Positions 51,655-64,000 of a DNA stretch of 64,000 nt are shown piece by piece; positions within the stretch are counted from its first letter, which is position 1, and each line of letters opens with the position of its first letter. Position numbers and translations under genes: made by a program. The stretch is taken from positions 81,287,883 to 81,351,882 of the forward strand of contig NC_057716.1 of assembly GCF_004010195.1 (NCBI RefSeq). Direction: 5' to 3'. The notes beneath the pieces are model-generated. The model was not told the origin of the DNA. It ran no database searches and saw nothing but the letters and a program-made list of their open reading frames with translations. Source of the DNA: Chiloscyllium plagiosum. Its lineage: Eukaryota.

Positions 51655-52190
51655 ATAACAACTTGAGTTTACACAACCCAGTTAGTACAAAACAACTGTT
51701 CCAATATGTTGGTAAATAGGAAGAACAAATGAATACCAAGTCAAAAAAATAGTTTTTAGAAGGAATGGTCAAATGGATGCATTCAGGAGATGCTAGAAGA
51801 AGGATAACAAGGTGGACAGGCAGAGAGACTGAGGAAAGGAATTTCAGAGCATGAACACACTTGATGAATGCTTGAATACAGTTGATGATGCAAGTGATGA
51901 GGAAATGAACAATAAATCAACATAACAGATAGTTTAGGATTTCGTTTTAGGGTATGAGGGATTAAAGAGATAAGGAAGAGTGAGGTGATAGCTGCATTTA
52001 AATGCAAAGGTGAGGATTGTAAAGTAAGGCTTTAGAAAATTATGGAAATCATGGGGTTGATGGGTGAGTAAGTATGGAATAGGATGCAGACAGAGCTACA
52101 TTGTATGATGGACAGAGGCCGAAGCTATCGAGAATGAGAGTAATCAAGTCTGGAGTAGATAAAGTCACGAATGTAACTTTCAGAAATTCA
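51655..52190 (-). mobile_element. Old L2-like LINE fragment
   Basis: Purine-rich body with GGAATTTCAGAGC and GTAATCAAGTCTGGAG, similar to 6125-6915. Confidence 0.4.
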
Positions 52191-52294
52191 GAAATTCTGT
52201 CGCTGAAACTAATGCACAGCAGTTTATTAATTATCGAAGGCTAAGAAACTAACATTAAAATCCGAAAAGAAATATTCTTCAGTTGTTTTCAAAA

Positions 52295-52580
52295 AAGACA
52301 GACCTTGCCAGTCGATGGCAATTTTTCACATGCTCAGGATTTTCCAAAGTAATTCACAACCAATGAAGAACATGTGTAATGCAACCATTTTGTAATGAGG
52401 TCAATGCAGCAATCAAGTCAGATATAGCACATTCCCACAAATGGGAGAAATGATCAGATTGTTGTTTGCTGGTTTTGTTTGAGGGATAAATGATGGCCAG
52501 GACATTGCGACAATTTCCCAGCTCTTTGTAAAATATTGCCTCATGATCTGATAAAAATTAGTTTATTGTTTTACCCATCC
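52295..52580 (-). mobile_element. Degenerate DeuSINE
   Basis: GAGGGATAAATGATGGCCAGGACA...CCCAGCTCTTTGTAAAATATTGCC is the reverse of the Deu-like domain at 43430-43510. Confidence 0.5.
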
Positions 52581-53499
52581 AAAAATATTGGATTATTTTA
52601 TTAAAAGTTGAGCCACACATAATCAACCACTAAAAAGAATGATAACACTATTACATATTGCTATTCTGATGCCTTATTAAAAATAATAACTTATAAAAAT
52701 TCCATGAGTGGAATACAGACATATTTTCAAATTGGCAAATTTATATTGCCCCTCCCACTCTCAATGGATTGTTTTAGACAAGATCTGGATTCAGCTGTGC
52801 TGTTAGCATTATCTGTTCAACACATGGCATTGTCCAATGGAACAGTGCATACAGAAAAAAGGAATGCATGATTACTGAAACAATAACATTTAAGGAACAA
52901 ATTCCAAATACTGAAACTAATAAGGATACCATTAGCTTGAGCAGATGTCAAGCATTTTCTCAGGATAGGCATTAAGTTTCAGCTCTTTTTCTTTTTCTCA
53001 GGATTTTGCTCCATTGGCATATATTACACAAGACAGTTAAGATTTAGAATGGATTTAGTTAACCAAACAAATAATCAGGAAGTGACAAAACTACATTTTA
53101 TATTAATACGATGTAGTCTTATTTGAAGAAATATTCAAGATCAACAACCTTTCAACAGAATATTTTATAGAATTTTTCAATTAATGCTAATTGTTTCATT
53201 AAATATCTAGGCTATAATAATCAGTAAATTTGTATCAATAGGTCTACTTATTTGATGAATTCTGTAAGTTGATGATTGCTAAATTTTCATCGTTTGTATA
53301 TTACTGCATGTTTTTGAGGTGTGCAGGGATTTACTTTTTAATCTGACTGGAGTGGCATGAAAATTAAAATAAAACTAATGTGTGAACCAAAATAGAAACA
53401 GCAGATAACCAGAATTAGCTGTATCTGATTGTGTAGTGACTGGCAGCCTCATGTGATGGACCTGCACATGCAGGAAATCACTATGGTTGTACAGAAGTA

Positions 53500-53800
53500 G
53501 TGGCACATACGATAGCAATGTTGGCACATGTGTTGTGATGAGACACACAGGCCAAAAGTCCCTAGATTAGATCACTGGTCTGTATTGATTTTGATCATCA
53601 TGATGGTAGCTGCAGGATTGCGCCAATTGGCTTAAGTGTTTCTGGGCTAAGAAACAGAACCAGCAGTGAGCAGGAAATATTTGTAGATGACAAATGAAAA
53701 TAGTAAAGGACAAATTAGTCAAACCACTTGATAGTGCCTGTTCTCTCAACTCACATGTGGAGAATAACCATTTGGGTGAAGTATGTAAGATCCATTGTTG
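53500..53800 (+). mobile_element. Ancient tRNA-derived SINE-like remnant
   Basis: GTCCCTAGATTAGATCACTGGTCTGT (B-box-like), CAATTGGCTTAAGTG and CTCACATGTGGAGAATAACCATTTGGG. Confidence 0.35.
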
Positions 53801-54056
53801 TTACTGTGGATATATCCCAAAATTGGATAGGAGTCAGGAATATAGGGTTTAATAACAGTTACTAATCTCCTTGTTCACACAAGCTTAACTTTAACATCAT
53901 TGATGCTTTATTCTGGACACAGAGAAAAAAGAAAAATGGATGAAAAATCAGAAATACTAATGGATTGCAAAAGGCATTGCAAATGGCAGAGACAATTTTA
54001 ATTTCTCCTTTTAATTCACCTTTGCATATTTAATGCTATCATATAAAGTCAACATT

Positions 54057-54272
54057 ATCAGAGAAGAGTTGAAAAGTATGGCGCTGGAAAAGCACAACCG
54101 ATCAGGCAACATCCAAGGAACAAGAGAATCGACATTTTGGTCATAAGCCTGATGAAGGACCTATGCCCGAAACGTTGATCCTCCTGCTCTTCAGATGCAG
54201 CCTGACTTGCTGTGCTTTTCCAGCACCACACTCTTCGACTCTGATCTGCAGCATCTGCAGCCCTCACCTACT
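54057..54272. mobile_element. PLE family A palindromic mini-element with central hammerhead core
   Basis: 54057-54148 pairs with ~54161-54245; CTGATGA-AGGACCTATGCCC-GAAACGTT at 54149-54176. Confidence 0.8.
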
Positions 54273-54304
54273 CCATTAAAAGAGAGTTGAGATCAGGTGT
54301 CACT

Positions 54305-54692
54305 ATCCAACAGTTGGCTGGATGGCTGGTTTGCAACTAAGTGATACCAGCTGCAATACAGTGATACCATCCAGCCATCCAGCACGTTCAATTCCTGCAT
54401 CAGCTGAGATTATCATAAGGACTCTCCTTTTCAACCTCTCCCTTTGGAGAAAGTGGGAACTGCAGATGCTGGAGATCAGAGTCGAGGATTCCTGATGAAG
54501 GACTTATGTCCAAAACGTCTATTCTCCTCCTCCTCAGATGTTGCCTGACCTGCTGTGCTTTTCCAGCACCACACTCTCAACTACAATCTCTCCCTTTGCC
54601 TGAGTTGTGGTGACTTTGAATTAAATCACCACCAGTTGTGTCTCATTAATAAGCTATCTAAATACAGTCCTGGAGGACTGTGGCAACTTTTA
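54305..54692 (+). mobile_element. SINE, third family, interrupted by a PLE mini-element
   Basis: GTTGGCTGGATGGCTGGTTTGC head and GTTCAATTCC B box; reverse-complement copy at 55525-56106. Confidence 0.65.
54447..54587. mobile_element. PLE family A inverted mini-element with 11-bp target-site duplication
   Basis: CTCTCCCTTTG at 54436-54446 and 54588-54598; CTGATGA-AGGAC(TTAT)GTCC-AAAACGTC at 54492-54519. Confidence 0.8.
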
Positions 54693-55524
54693 TTTGTGCT
54701 GGCATTCCATGAAAAGCTTACAAAGGCCATTTCCATTATAGATCTGAATTGACACATTTATGAAGAAAGAAATTGACTCAAAGAGTATGCATTTGGATAC
54801 TTCCTAATGTAGTAATCAGTCTCCTATAGAGTTGGCAGATAGTCAGGATCAAGTACAACCTTTAGGGGAATCAGGGTTAGAGAGTAGGAATATTTTGGCC
54901 AGGCCATGCAGACATAATTAGTTTCCATCTTTGTGCTGCAGTCTTGTTTAGACTTTTATATTATATCAATTCATAAGTCAATGTTTATATTGGAAGATTC
55001 CTCTGTAGAAAAAAAAACATTTTTATTCTCCTCTTCTGCCACTGGTGGTGCTGTAGCATCCTCTGAGGACTCAAAGCGATGTTTATTACAATTTTATACT
55101 CATAATTTTCAACCTATACATAAACAGTTTAAAATTTTAAAACAAACTGCAAATAGTCATTAATGAAGTTTGGATATATTAGTAACTTGTGTTCACTGTG
55201 GTGACTAATAATCTTTAGATTGATATTTGAATTTTCAGTGGCTAACTGGAAGGATCTCATGACAATATTTCATATTTTAATAATTTCCAGTAATAAGCAA
55301 ACTCAAAACAACATTATGTAAGTAGTGTTCAGTGGGCAAATTATATTCTAAGCCTCAGAAAAGATTCCCCCACTTAACTTTTAATGTAACAGATAATTTC
55401 CCTTTGGTGTTATACTTTATCCTTTATGTGGAACTTCATTCTCCAGGAACAAATGCCAGATTTCACAGTGAGAATATGGAGTTACACAAATTAGAAGCAG
55501 TGTAGGTCATTTGGCAGTTCAGGG

Positions 55525-56106
55525 TCAAGGTCACCATAAACTTATCAGAACATAGGGCTACTCTCTCATTCAAGAGAGAAAACTGTAGTGGTTTACTCTG
55601 AGGATCACCATTCGTAGAGAAGTGGGCAGGTTGAGAAGGAGGGTCCTTCATGATAACCTCAGCTGGTGTGAGAACTCATAGAATCATAGAATCCTGACAG
55701 TGTGGAAACAAGTCATTTGGCCCAACATGTCCACACTTGCCCTCCGATGAGTAACCCACCCAGACCCATTCCCCTACCTTATAACTCTGCATTTACCCCT
55801 GACTAATGCCCCTAACCTACATATCCCTGAACACTATGGGCAATTTAGCATGGCCAGTTCACCTAACCTGCACATCTTTGGATTGTGGGAGGAAACCGGA
55901 ACACCTGGAAGAAGCCCACGCAGATACAGTGCGAATATGCAAGCTCCACACATACAGTCGCCCCAAGGCTGGAATCAAATCTGGGTCCCTGGTGCTGTGA
56001 GACAGCAGTGCTAACCACTGAAACACCATGCAGCCATAAATTGAACCCATGCTGTTGTTGGTGTGTCTCTGCATCACATGTCGGCCATCCAGCCAACTAA
56101 GCTAAG
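55525..56106 (-). mobile_element. SINE, third family, split by an HE1 insertion
   Basis: GGTTGAGAAGGAGGGTCCTTCATGATAACCTCAGCTG | HE1 | AATTGAACCC...GCCATCCAGCCAAC. Confidence 0.65.
55677..56035 (-). mobile_element. HE1 SINE, full length
   Basis: CATAGAATCATAGAATCC tail, V-domain and A/B boxes. Confidence 0.9.
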
Positions 56107-56109
56107 TGA

Positions 56110-57600
56110 CTCGCTGGCACTTGAAGACTGCTCAGCAATCCAATAAGATCATGATTGATCTGTTTATGTTGAAGGTTTCACAGTCCCATCTGTCTTCTCT
56201 AACAATTGAACCAGTGCCATTTTTGATCACAAGTGTTGCTGCTCTGGTGTTACCTAGTTTCCTGTTCATCTTGAGTGCCACATATGCGTCAGTTTTCAGA
56301 GCCCAGCCCTTGTCAATCAGGAGCCACATCTCAGTGTTGGCTTTCAGATCATATTTATTCACTTCAATGTGCACTATCTGTTCAGTTAATTTGGTGCAAT
56401 GCTACATGCATTCAGGGACAAAGCCTTTATGCGCTATTATGTTTTTAGGGTTTTTCCCCCTCTGTCCCTTCCTGCCATTCTCTGATCCTTAGTTTCTACA
56501 TTCGTGTTTTGCTCTCCTGCATCCCTTGATTTGTTACATTTACCCAAGTTCACCCCTCTACTTATTTAATTCAAAGCCCTCTACATCTCTTGTTACATGA
56601 TTGCAAGAACACCAGTCCTACCACAGTTCAACTGCAGACAATCCTACAGGTACAGTTTTTTTAATAGAATCCCCACAATGTGGAAACAGGCCATTTGACC
56701 CAACAAGTCCACACCAATCCACCCAGACATATCACCCTTTCTTTTCCCTGTAACCCTGCATTTTCTATGGCTAACACTTCTAACCTAACCTACACATCCC
56801 TAGACACTATGGGTAATTTAGTATGGCAGATGTTGGACTATGGGAGGAAACCGAAACACCTAGCAGAAACCCATACATACACAGGAAGAACGTGCAAACT
56901 CCACACAGACAGTCGCCCAAGGCTGGGATCGAACCCAGGTCCCTAGCATTGTGACATAGCAGTGCTAACCACTGTGCCACCCCTTCTTTCCCCACTATTG
57001 GTGTTATATCTTGAACTGTAACCCACATCCCCCCCATATCAGTTTTTAAGGCATGCATTAACTTCTCCAATCTTAACCATCCAATGCCAGTTCGTACATG
57101 GCTTAGCTTGTAATCCAAAGATTATCATCTCAAAGATTTAGCACATAACCACTTTTACACCCTCAGCAGAAGCTCTTTTATAGTTTTACCTCAGTCCCTT
57201 CTCAAATTCTTCTCCAGTTTAGTACAGACATCCCAAACTTTTTGTTGCAGAGAAGAATGTTGATTCCCTTCACTACAGTATTCCCTAATAGCATTGTAGT
57301 CATTCTTACTCAGCTGACTTTAATGGCTTCATGTACCTTTGTACGTGTCATTTAGCTAAACCACCTTGCAGCCCTCACTGTCATCTAAACAACTGGAGAA
57401 AAACTCAAACATGTTGGACAACTGCAAAGTTAAGACCCCTGATTTCCTGCCCTCTGATTACCCTTTCCTGCTTTACTTGCTTCACATCCTCCTGTCCCTG
57501 ACTATTGACCATCCCAGAAGACCCTATCTCAAAGTGTGTGGCCGTGTCCGAGAATAAAGTGTGTAGATAACTTTAAATCTCCCTGCTAAGCCTCAGCGGA
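56110..57600 (-). mobile_element. Old CR1 LINE 5' part (ORF1 remnant and ORF2 APE N-terminus)
   Basis: ORF 56132-56374 IEVNKYDLKANTEMWL...KMNRKLGNTRAATLVIKN matches the CR1 APE pattern YDxIxITETWL...RxDR...GGGVAL; upstream LSLNACSI. Confidence 0.7.
56664..56982 (-). mobile_element. HE1 SINE nested in CR1
   Basis: HE1 tail, V-domain and GGGATCGAACC B box. Confidence 0.88.
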
Positions 57601-57854
57601 ACTGACAGATATGCAGGTTTTTCCTGTCAAAGTCAATTCTATTTCACAGTAATATGGATAACATGGATTTGATATCCACGTGGAAATGTTGATTTGGTCT
57701 TCTTGAGAACTCCAATTCCATTCTATTTTGGGGTTAAATTACAGTTTTAAAACATTTACACGACCTGATATTCCTGACTATACCCTGTGAGTTGAAGACT
57801 CACAGCACATCAAACATCAACACAATTGCCCTGGATATTGATTATTTCACAACT

Positions 57855-58128
57855 GCAGCACCGTAGCTCACTGGTTAGCACTGCTGCCTCACAGCATCAG
57901 GGACCCGGGTTCAATTCCAGCCTTGAGTGACTGTCTGTCTGTGTGGAGTTTGTACATTCTCCTTATGACTGTATGGGTTTCTTCCAGTTGCTCTGGTTTC
58001 CTCCCAAATCCAAAAAATTAAATGAATTGTCCATGTGTTCAACAATGTGTAGGTTAGGTGTATTAGTTAGGGGTAAATGTAGAGTAATAGGGTATGGGAA
58101 TGGGTCTAGTTGGGGTACTCTTTGGAGA
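57855..58128 (+). mobile_element. HE1 SINE 5'/middle part (3' tail displaced to 60009-60060)
   Basis: TAGCTCACTGGTTAGCACTGCTGCCTCACAG...GGTTCAATTCC; the sequence resumes after the PLE as TTTGGAGAGTCAGTATACACTTGTGGGGCTAAATAGCCTATTTCCACA. Confidence 0.88.
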
Positions 58129-60005
58129 AAGTAAGGACTGCAGATGCTGGAGATCAGAGCTGAAAAATGTGTTGCTGGAAAAGCACAGCAGGTCAGGCAG
58201 CATCCAAGGAGCAGGAGAATCGATGTTTCGGGCAGGTGGTGGGAGGGGAAATGAGGAAGCTGGAGAAATCTGCATTCATCCCTCTTAGTTGGAGGGTTCC
58301 TAGGCGGAAGATGAGGCACTCATCCTCAGGGGTCGTGTTGCCATGGTCTGATGATGGAGGAGGCTAAGGACCTGCATGTCCTTGGCAGAGTGGGAGGGGG
58401 AATTAAAGTGTTCAGCCACGGGGCGGTTGGGTTGGTTGGTGCGGGTGTCCCAGAGGTGTTCTCTGAAACGTTCCGTAAGTAGGCGGCCCATCTCCCCAAT
58501 ATAGAGGAGGCCACATCGGGTGCAGTGGATGCAGTAAATGATGTGTGTGGAGGTGCAGGTGAATTTGTGACAGATATGGAAGGATCTTTTGGGGCTTTGG
58601 AGGGAATTGAAGGGGGAGGCATGGGCGCAGGCTTTGCATTTCTTGCGGTTGCAGGAGAAGGTGCCGGGAGTGGAAGTTGGGTTGGTGGGGGGTGTGGACC
58701 TGACGAGGGAGTCGCAGAGCGAGTGGTCTTTCCGGAATGCTAATAGGGGAGGGGAGGGAAATATATCCTTGGTAGTGGGGTCTGTTTGGAGATGGCGGAA
58801 ATGACGAAGGATGATACAATGTATCTGGAGGTTGGTGGGGTGGTAGGTGAGGACCAGTGGGGTTCTGTCCTGGTGGCGATTGGAGGGGCGGGGTTCAAGG
58901 GCAGAGGAGCGGGAAGTGGAGTAGATGCGGTGGAGAGCATCGTCAACAACGTCTGAGGGGAAATTGTGGTCTTTGAAGAAGGAGGCCATCTGGGTTGTTC
59001 GGTACTGAAATTGGTCCTCCTGGGAGCAGATGTGGCGGAGGCGAGGGAATTGGGAATATGGGATGGCGTTTTTATAGGGGGCAGGGTGGGAGGAGGTGTA
59101 ATCCACTTAGCTGTGGGAGTTGGTCGGTTTATAGTAAATGTCCGTGTTGAGTCGGTCACCGAGATAGAAATGGAGAGGTCTCGGAAGGGGAGGGAGGAGT
59201 CTGAGACAGTCTAGGTAAATTTGAGGTCGGGGTGGAAGGTAAAGTGGATGAACTGTTCAACCTCCTCGTGGGAGCACGAGGTAGCACCAATACAGTCATC
59301 GATGTAGCGGAGGAAAAGGTGGGGGTTGGTGGCAGTATAGCTGCAGAAGATGGACTGTTCCACATATCCGATGAAGAGGCAGGCATAGCTGGGGCCCATA
59401 CGGGTTCCCATGGCTACTCCTTTGGTTTGGAGGAAGTGGGAGGATTGGAAAGAGAAGTTGTTCAGAGTGAGGACCAGTTCAGTCAGTCGAAGGAGGGTGT
59501 CAGTAAAAGAGTACTGGTTGGGTCGGCGGGAAAGGAAGAAGCAGAGGGCTTTGAGGCCTTCGTGATGGGGGATGGAGGTGTATAGGGACTGGATGTACAT
59601 GGTGAAGATAAGGCGTTGGAGGCCGGGGAAGCGAAAATCATGGAGGAGATGGAGGGCGTGGATGGTGTCCCGGATGTAGGTGGAGAGTTCTTGACTAAAG
59701 GGGACAGGACTGTGTCGAGGTATGAGAGATGGGTTCGGTGGGGCAGGACCAGGCTGAGACAATGGGTTGGCCGGGACAGTCAGGTTTGTGGATTTTGGGC
59801 AGGAGGTAGAAACAGACAGTGTGGGATTGTGGAACTATGAGGTTGGAGGCGGTGGATGGGAGATCCCCTGAGGTGATGAGGTAATGGATGCTCTGGGAGA
59901 TGATGGTTTGGTGGTGGGAGGTGGAGTCATGGTCAAGGGGGCAGTAGAAGGAGGTGTCCGCGAGCTGGCGTTTAGCCTCAGCAATGTAAAAATCGGTGCG
60001 CCAAA
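58126..60005 (-). mobile_element. Penelope-like retroelement (Neptune-type), 5'-truncated: RT, Cys linker, GIY-YIG endonuclease and terminus
   Basis: Peptides IFTMYIQSLYTSIPH, QTKGVAMGTRMGPSYACLF, LRYIDD, CNRKKCKAC and IIYCIHCTRCGLLYIGEMGRLLTERFREH (GIY-YIG); frameshifted. TTTGGAGA is repeated at 58121-58128 and 60009-60016. Confidence 0.93.
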
Positions 60006-62909
60006 CTTTTTGGAGAGTCAGTATACACTTGTGGGGCTAAATAGCCTATTTCCACATTGAGGCGCCAAGCTTGTTGGGCAACATTCAAAATGAGTCACCT
60101 TGATTCCTCCATTTACCCTCAAGTAAAGATGCAGCCCAATACAATACAATCATGTATTTATATTTGTAAGAAAATGCAAAGTAAATTGAATTCTATTATC
60201 AAAGGACTATGTTGAATGTTACCTAAGCAATGTATTCAAATATGAAGGTCATTTTCTAACCTAGCATTACAATAAAGCATAATACAGACATACTACTGAT
60301 ACATTCGATAGTATTTCTTGATAATCTGGGAAAGCCATCGAACTGACATTATCAAAGCCATATACCGAGCAATTTCTGGACTTCGTTTCATTTCCTTCTC
60401 TGATAATGTAGTGTGTCATAGTTATCCTACCCAGCATGTAGGTGGGGAGAATACAGGTTCAATGGTCTTAGAGGATAGAGGTTTCCAGATAACATCATAC
60501 TCATTTCGATATCCATTTCTTTCGATAATCCAGTCAGTTCAGTGATGATTCAAATCAGTTCTTCGATCTATTATGCAAAACAGACAACAAAACGTCTGAC
60601 CTTGCCTAAACATTTACATGAGCAAAATAGCAACTCATTATTTACTGTAGCTAGTGCAAATATTTTTTTTTGTAGACTTGCTCAGTCTTGCTTTCACGTG
60701 TGATCTTTTAATATCATGAGAAGTGCATAGCCAAAGCAAAAGACCTGAGGATCAACCCATTTTTTTTATTTGCTAGCGAGACTTCCTCATTAAAACCCTC
60801 AATCCTGTGGCATTGGAAATTTGTAATGTCATTCAAGTCCACAAACAGACACGAGAGCAGCAGATAGATTTGTAGGAGACACTCTGGAAACTGGATCAAA
60901 ATCGGAGAAGTCCACCTACGCTGCCTGTGTCATGCTGGCTTTGTCAGGCATGCCCCATTCACTAGCAAGATTCCCATCTCCCCATTTAAAACTTTGTTAC
61001 CTCAACTTTGACAATCTCATTTTTCCAATCATGCCATATTTTCCCAAATGACTCAGCATTGGCTAGGTTGTTCAGAAGCCACCTTGGTAAAACTAAGCAT
61101 GAATTGCACTGACATTTGTGAATATGGTCACGTCATTGAAAGCCTGGACTTAACAGAAAATACTTTGAGATGCACAGACATATGCCACAAGACAGCTGAT
61201 AAGCACTGTACCTTCTCTATCTTATCCACCAACTTTATCAGGCAGACACAGAAACAACACAAGAGTCTTAGAGATCTGTTTGGCTTTCAAACTAATGCAT
61301 TTACATTATGCTGTGTACCTTTAAAATAAAAATAGACCATCTGAGACTGCACATTCTTCATAACCACTCTTTGACTTTATAAGGACAGATGTATGTCTGC
61401 CCCAAATGATCTGGGATACTTTATTGGGAGTGTCTCCAGTATTGTGGGCGTCACACCCACAACTACTGATGTGGTTCAATTTTACCCTGGAGAGGCATGA
61501 AATTAAGCAACTCTGACTGGATATGTTTGATCTAAATTGCATTGAAAACCACGCAAAATTAAAAGCATCTGTATAAATGTGAAATGTTTGTTTCCTATGT
61601 CTGGTAGAAATAGAACCAACTCTGACAGGCACATGTTCATGTGACCACACTTACGGAGATCTCTAGGAAATTGGCTTTATGTACAGGAAAGTCTTATCCT
61701 GTACTTATCAGCATCATTTAATTAGTTTAAACTTCATCCTTGTTTCAAATCTCAAAGTACCAAACTCTCAAGAAACAATATTAACATTATGATTAATGAG
61801 GAATCTCTTTACTTTGATGTAATCAAAGCCATTTGAAGGGTTGTGCAATTATAAGTGATGTAATTCATCTTTAACATAAATATATGAGTGCCAACTTATT
61901 TTATGTGATGTGGATAATGTTAACAAAGCATTGAAAGTACTTGATCAATCCTGAAGTTTAATTGATTTGGGCAGAAGGTAACTTGTAGAATGTGTTCAAA
62001 ACTGAATATTGCTTTCACTTTGTAAATGTGCCTATTTTAATCAAAGGCTGGTGGGGCACTAAGTCGATGCAGAAAAGGCTACATTTTCTACAATGCAGTA
62101 GCGATAGTATCCTATCATCAACAGTACGAGAGACATTGAAAAGAGTAAACGAGATCCTCCATGAAAAAAAGTGTGTCAAAATGATCTCAAATTTATCTAC
62201 TGACCTTTAACATACCGGTAGATGCTTTACGTCTGACCCTAATGAGATGTGCCTAAGGGGAAAAAAGCATCAGTATCCTGTTGTACAATGGTTCAGATTA
62301 GATAGTAATTAATTACTCACAGAATCTTCAGTGGTGCCTGTTCACATATATTGGATTATTGCCCATTTCACTTGGTTTCTATACTGTGTCAGTGCTCTTT
62401 GCTGGGCTACTAATTTTGCTTGTTCCCTGCATAAAGCTTCCTCGCTCTCAATATCTATTTTGTTTCACATTATGGGTTCCATGTTTGTCTTTTCTAATGA
62501 TTGTCAATCTTGATTAATGAACCTTCATTAATAAACATCCTGCTTTTTGGTCTCCACCTACAATTGCTACATGGTGGTGCATGGAATCAATTAGTCTGTG
62601 CAAAGTGATTTATTCTGCTAAGATCTTGGAAGCAAGGTCAAAGTTCATTGATGCTAATTTTAGCAATTGTGATTTTTTTTACTAGAAGCAATGCTTTCTC
62701 TTTTAAGTTTAGAAAAAGACATTTTTGAATATTCTAAAAGCTGTTATCCTACCAAGAAATGTATTGAAATCAAAAGTCATTTGATATATTGAAACAATTT
62801 CAGTTTTGTAAAGTCAGCAATAATTATTCCCCAATAAGTGAAAACACCTATTTTCTGATAAGAACTGTACCAACACCATTTTGGAATGTAATTTAATATG
62901 AAAGAAAAT

Positions 62910-63315
62910 GAGAGAATTTATATATCACCTTTCAAAATCTCAGGGTATCCCAAAACACTTCACAGCCAATATTTGAAGTGGAGTCACAATTGCAACATAG
63001 AAAAGATACAGTTACCAAAATTGTACAAAAGGTCTACAAAAGACAATGAATGAAATATGTGTGTTCCTTTTAACGTATTTGGCTTGAGTGATAAATGTTG
63101 ACCTGGACAACATTCTTGCTCTGTTTTGAATAGTGGCATGGAATATCTTGCATCCATCTGAAGAAGTCAGGTTTTCAGGATTTAAAATTTCATTTGAAAG
63201 AAATCCATCATTAACTGCACTAAGGTTGCAGTTTACATTATATGCTTATATCACTAGGATGGTGCTTCAAAACAATCATCTGACTCAGATGTAAAAATGC
63301 TCCATTGAGCCAAGG
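62910..63315 (-). mobile_element. DeuSINE (SacSINE1-like), degenerate
   Basis: CAGGGTATCCCAAAACACTTCACAG tail and GATAAATGTTGACCTGGACA...TGAATAGTGGCATGG Deu-like domain; reverse of 43270-43690. Confidence 0.65.
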
Positions 63316-63338
63316 CCTGTTTGATTACTTTCTAGTTG

Positions 63339-63629
63339 GATTAGATTACTTACAGTGTGGAAACAGGCCCTTCGGCCCAACAAGTCCACACCGACCCACC
63401 GAAGTGCAACCAACCCAGACCCATTCTCCTAATTTTACCCCTGCACCTAACACTACGGGCAATTTAGCATGGCCAATTCACCTAACCTGCACATTTTTGG
63501 ACCCGAAGGAAACCCACGCAGACAAGGGGAGAATGTGCAAACTCCACACAATTGCCTGAGGCGGGAATTGAACCTGGGTCTCTGGCACTGGGAGGTAGCA
63601 GTGCTAACTACTGTGCCACCATGCTGCCC
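63339..63629 (-). mobile_element. HE1 SINE with short internal deletion
   Basis: GGGCAGCATGGTGGCACAGTAGTTAGCAC head and GGTTCAATTCC on the minus strand; GATTAGATTAC tail. Confidence 0.9.
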
Positions 63630-64000
63630 ACAAATGTAATTGCAACCTCTAAATAACAATAGAGTGACTGCCCCACAATGCATTTGTGATCAGAATTATA
63701 CATATTTTCAAAATGTTGGGTATTGGCAGTTCTGTCTGTTTCACTCCGCTAGAGAATGTTGAACCTCATTCACCAAAAACGGATGGGAATTCTACAATTC
63801 AAAGTTACCAGTGGGGAACTTTAGCTACCATCAGTGCAAATTAATTACCTAAGACAACCTACTAATCATTGGTTGGAAAATCATGGTCTGTGAAATCTTT
63901 ACGTTCTGACTTGTGTTGCCAGCAGGTGAGGGTGTGTGTCAGCTGCATGTACTTGTACATCTACCCCTAATGTACAATTAACAACTACTGAAAATAAATG

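Noticed and set aside
58300-59762. 268-aa and 183-aa ORFs as a functional RT/endonuclease gene or domesticated element
   Set aside because: They are frameshifted, 5'-truncated PLE sequence. The RT motif FTMDIQSLY reads FTMYIQSLY, so the first catalytic Asp is lost.
1250-63683. The many 60-140 aa ORFs in the six-frame track as host genes
   Set aside because: They are short, often start at non-ATG codons and lack recognisable domains. The recurring MAQWLALLPHS, GGSVVSTAASQ and MCCWKSAAGQ peptides are translations of HE1 SINEs or PLE termini.

Overview
Eukaryotic, AT-rich, CpG-poor genomic DNA from a cartilaginous fish. The evidence is about ten HE1-type tRNA-derived V-SINEs plus HER1/CR1 LINEs; a carpet/bamboo shark is plausible but only inferred. 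The only host coding sequence I can support is one 106-nt + strand exon (50823-50928, AG...GTAAG, phase 1/2) encoding part of a RhoGAP domain of the ARHGAP9/12/15/27 family, most likely ARHGAP15. The window is therefore most likely two very large introns around this exon. It holds CR1/L2 LINE remnants, several SINE families, a Tigger-like MITE and many Penelope-like element (PLE) pieces. Three things stand out. (i) Minimal hammerhead-ribozyme cores occur in four distinct PLE terminal families, including a two-ribozyme inverted-repeat element at 43981-44587. (ii) A CpG-rich mosaic near 2.6-3.0 kb is built partly from copies of neighbouring sequence. (iii) Several repeat-free blocks are candidate conserved non-coding elements of the ARHGAP15/ZEB2 regulatory domain. 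Repeat family names come from motif recognition, not a database search, and boundaries of old repeats are approximate.
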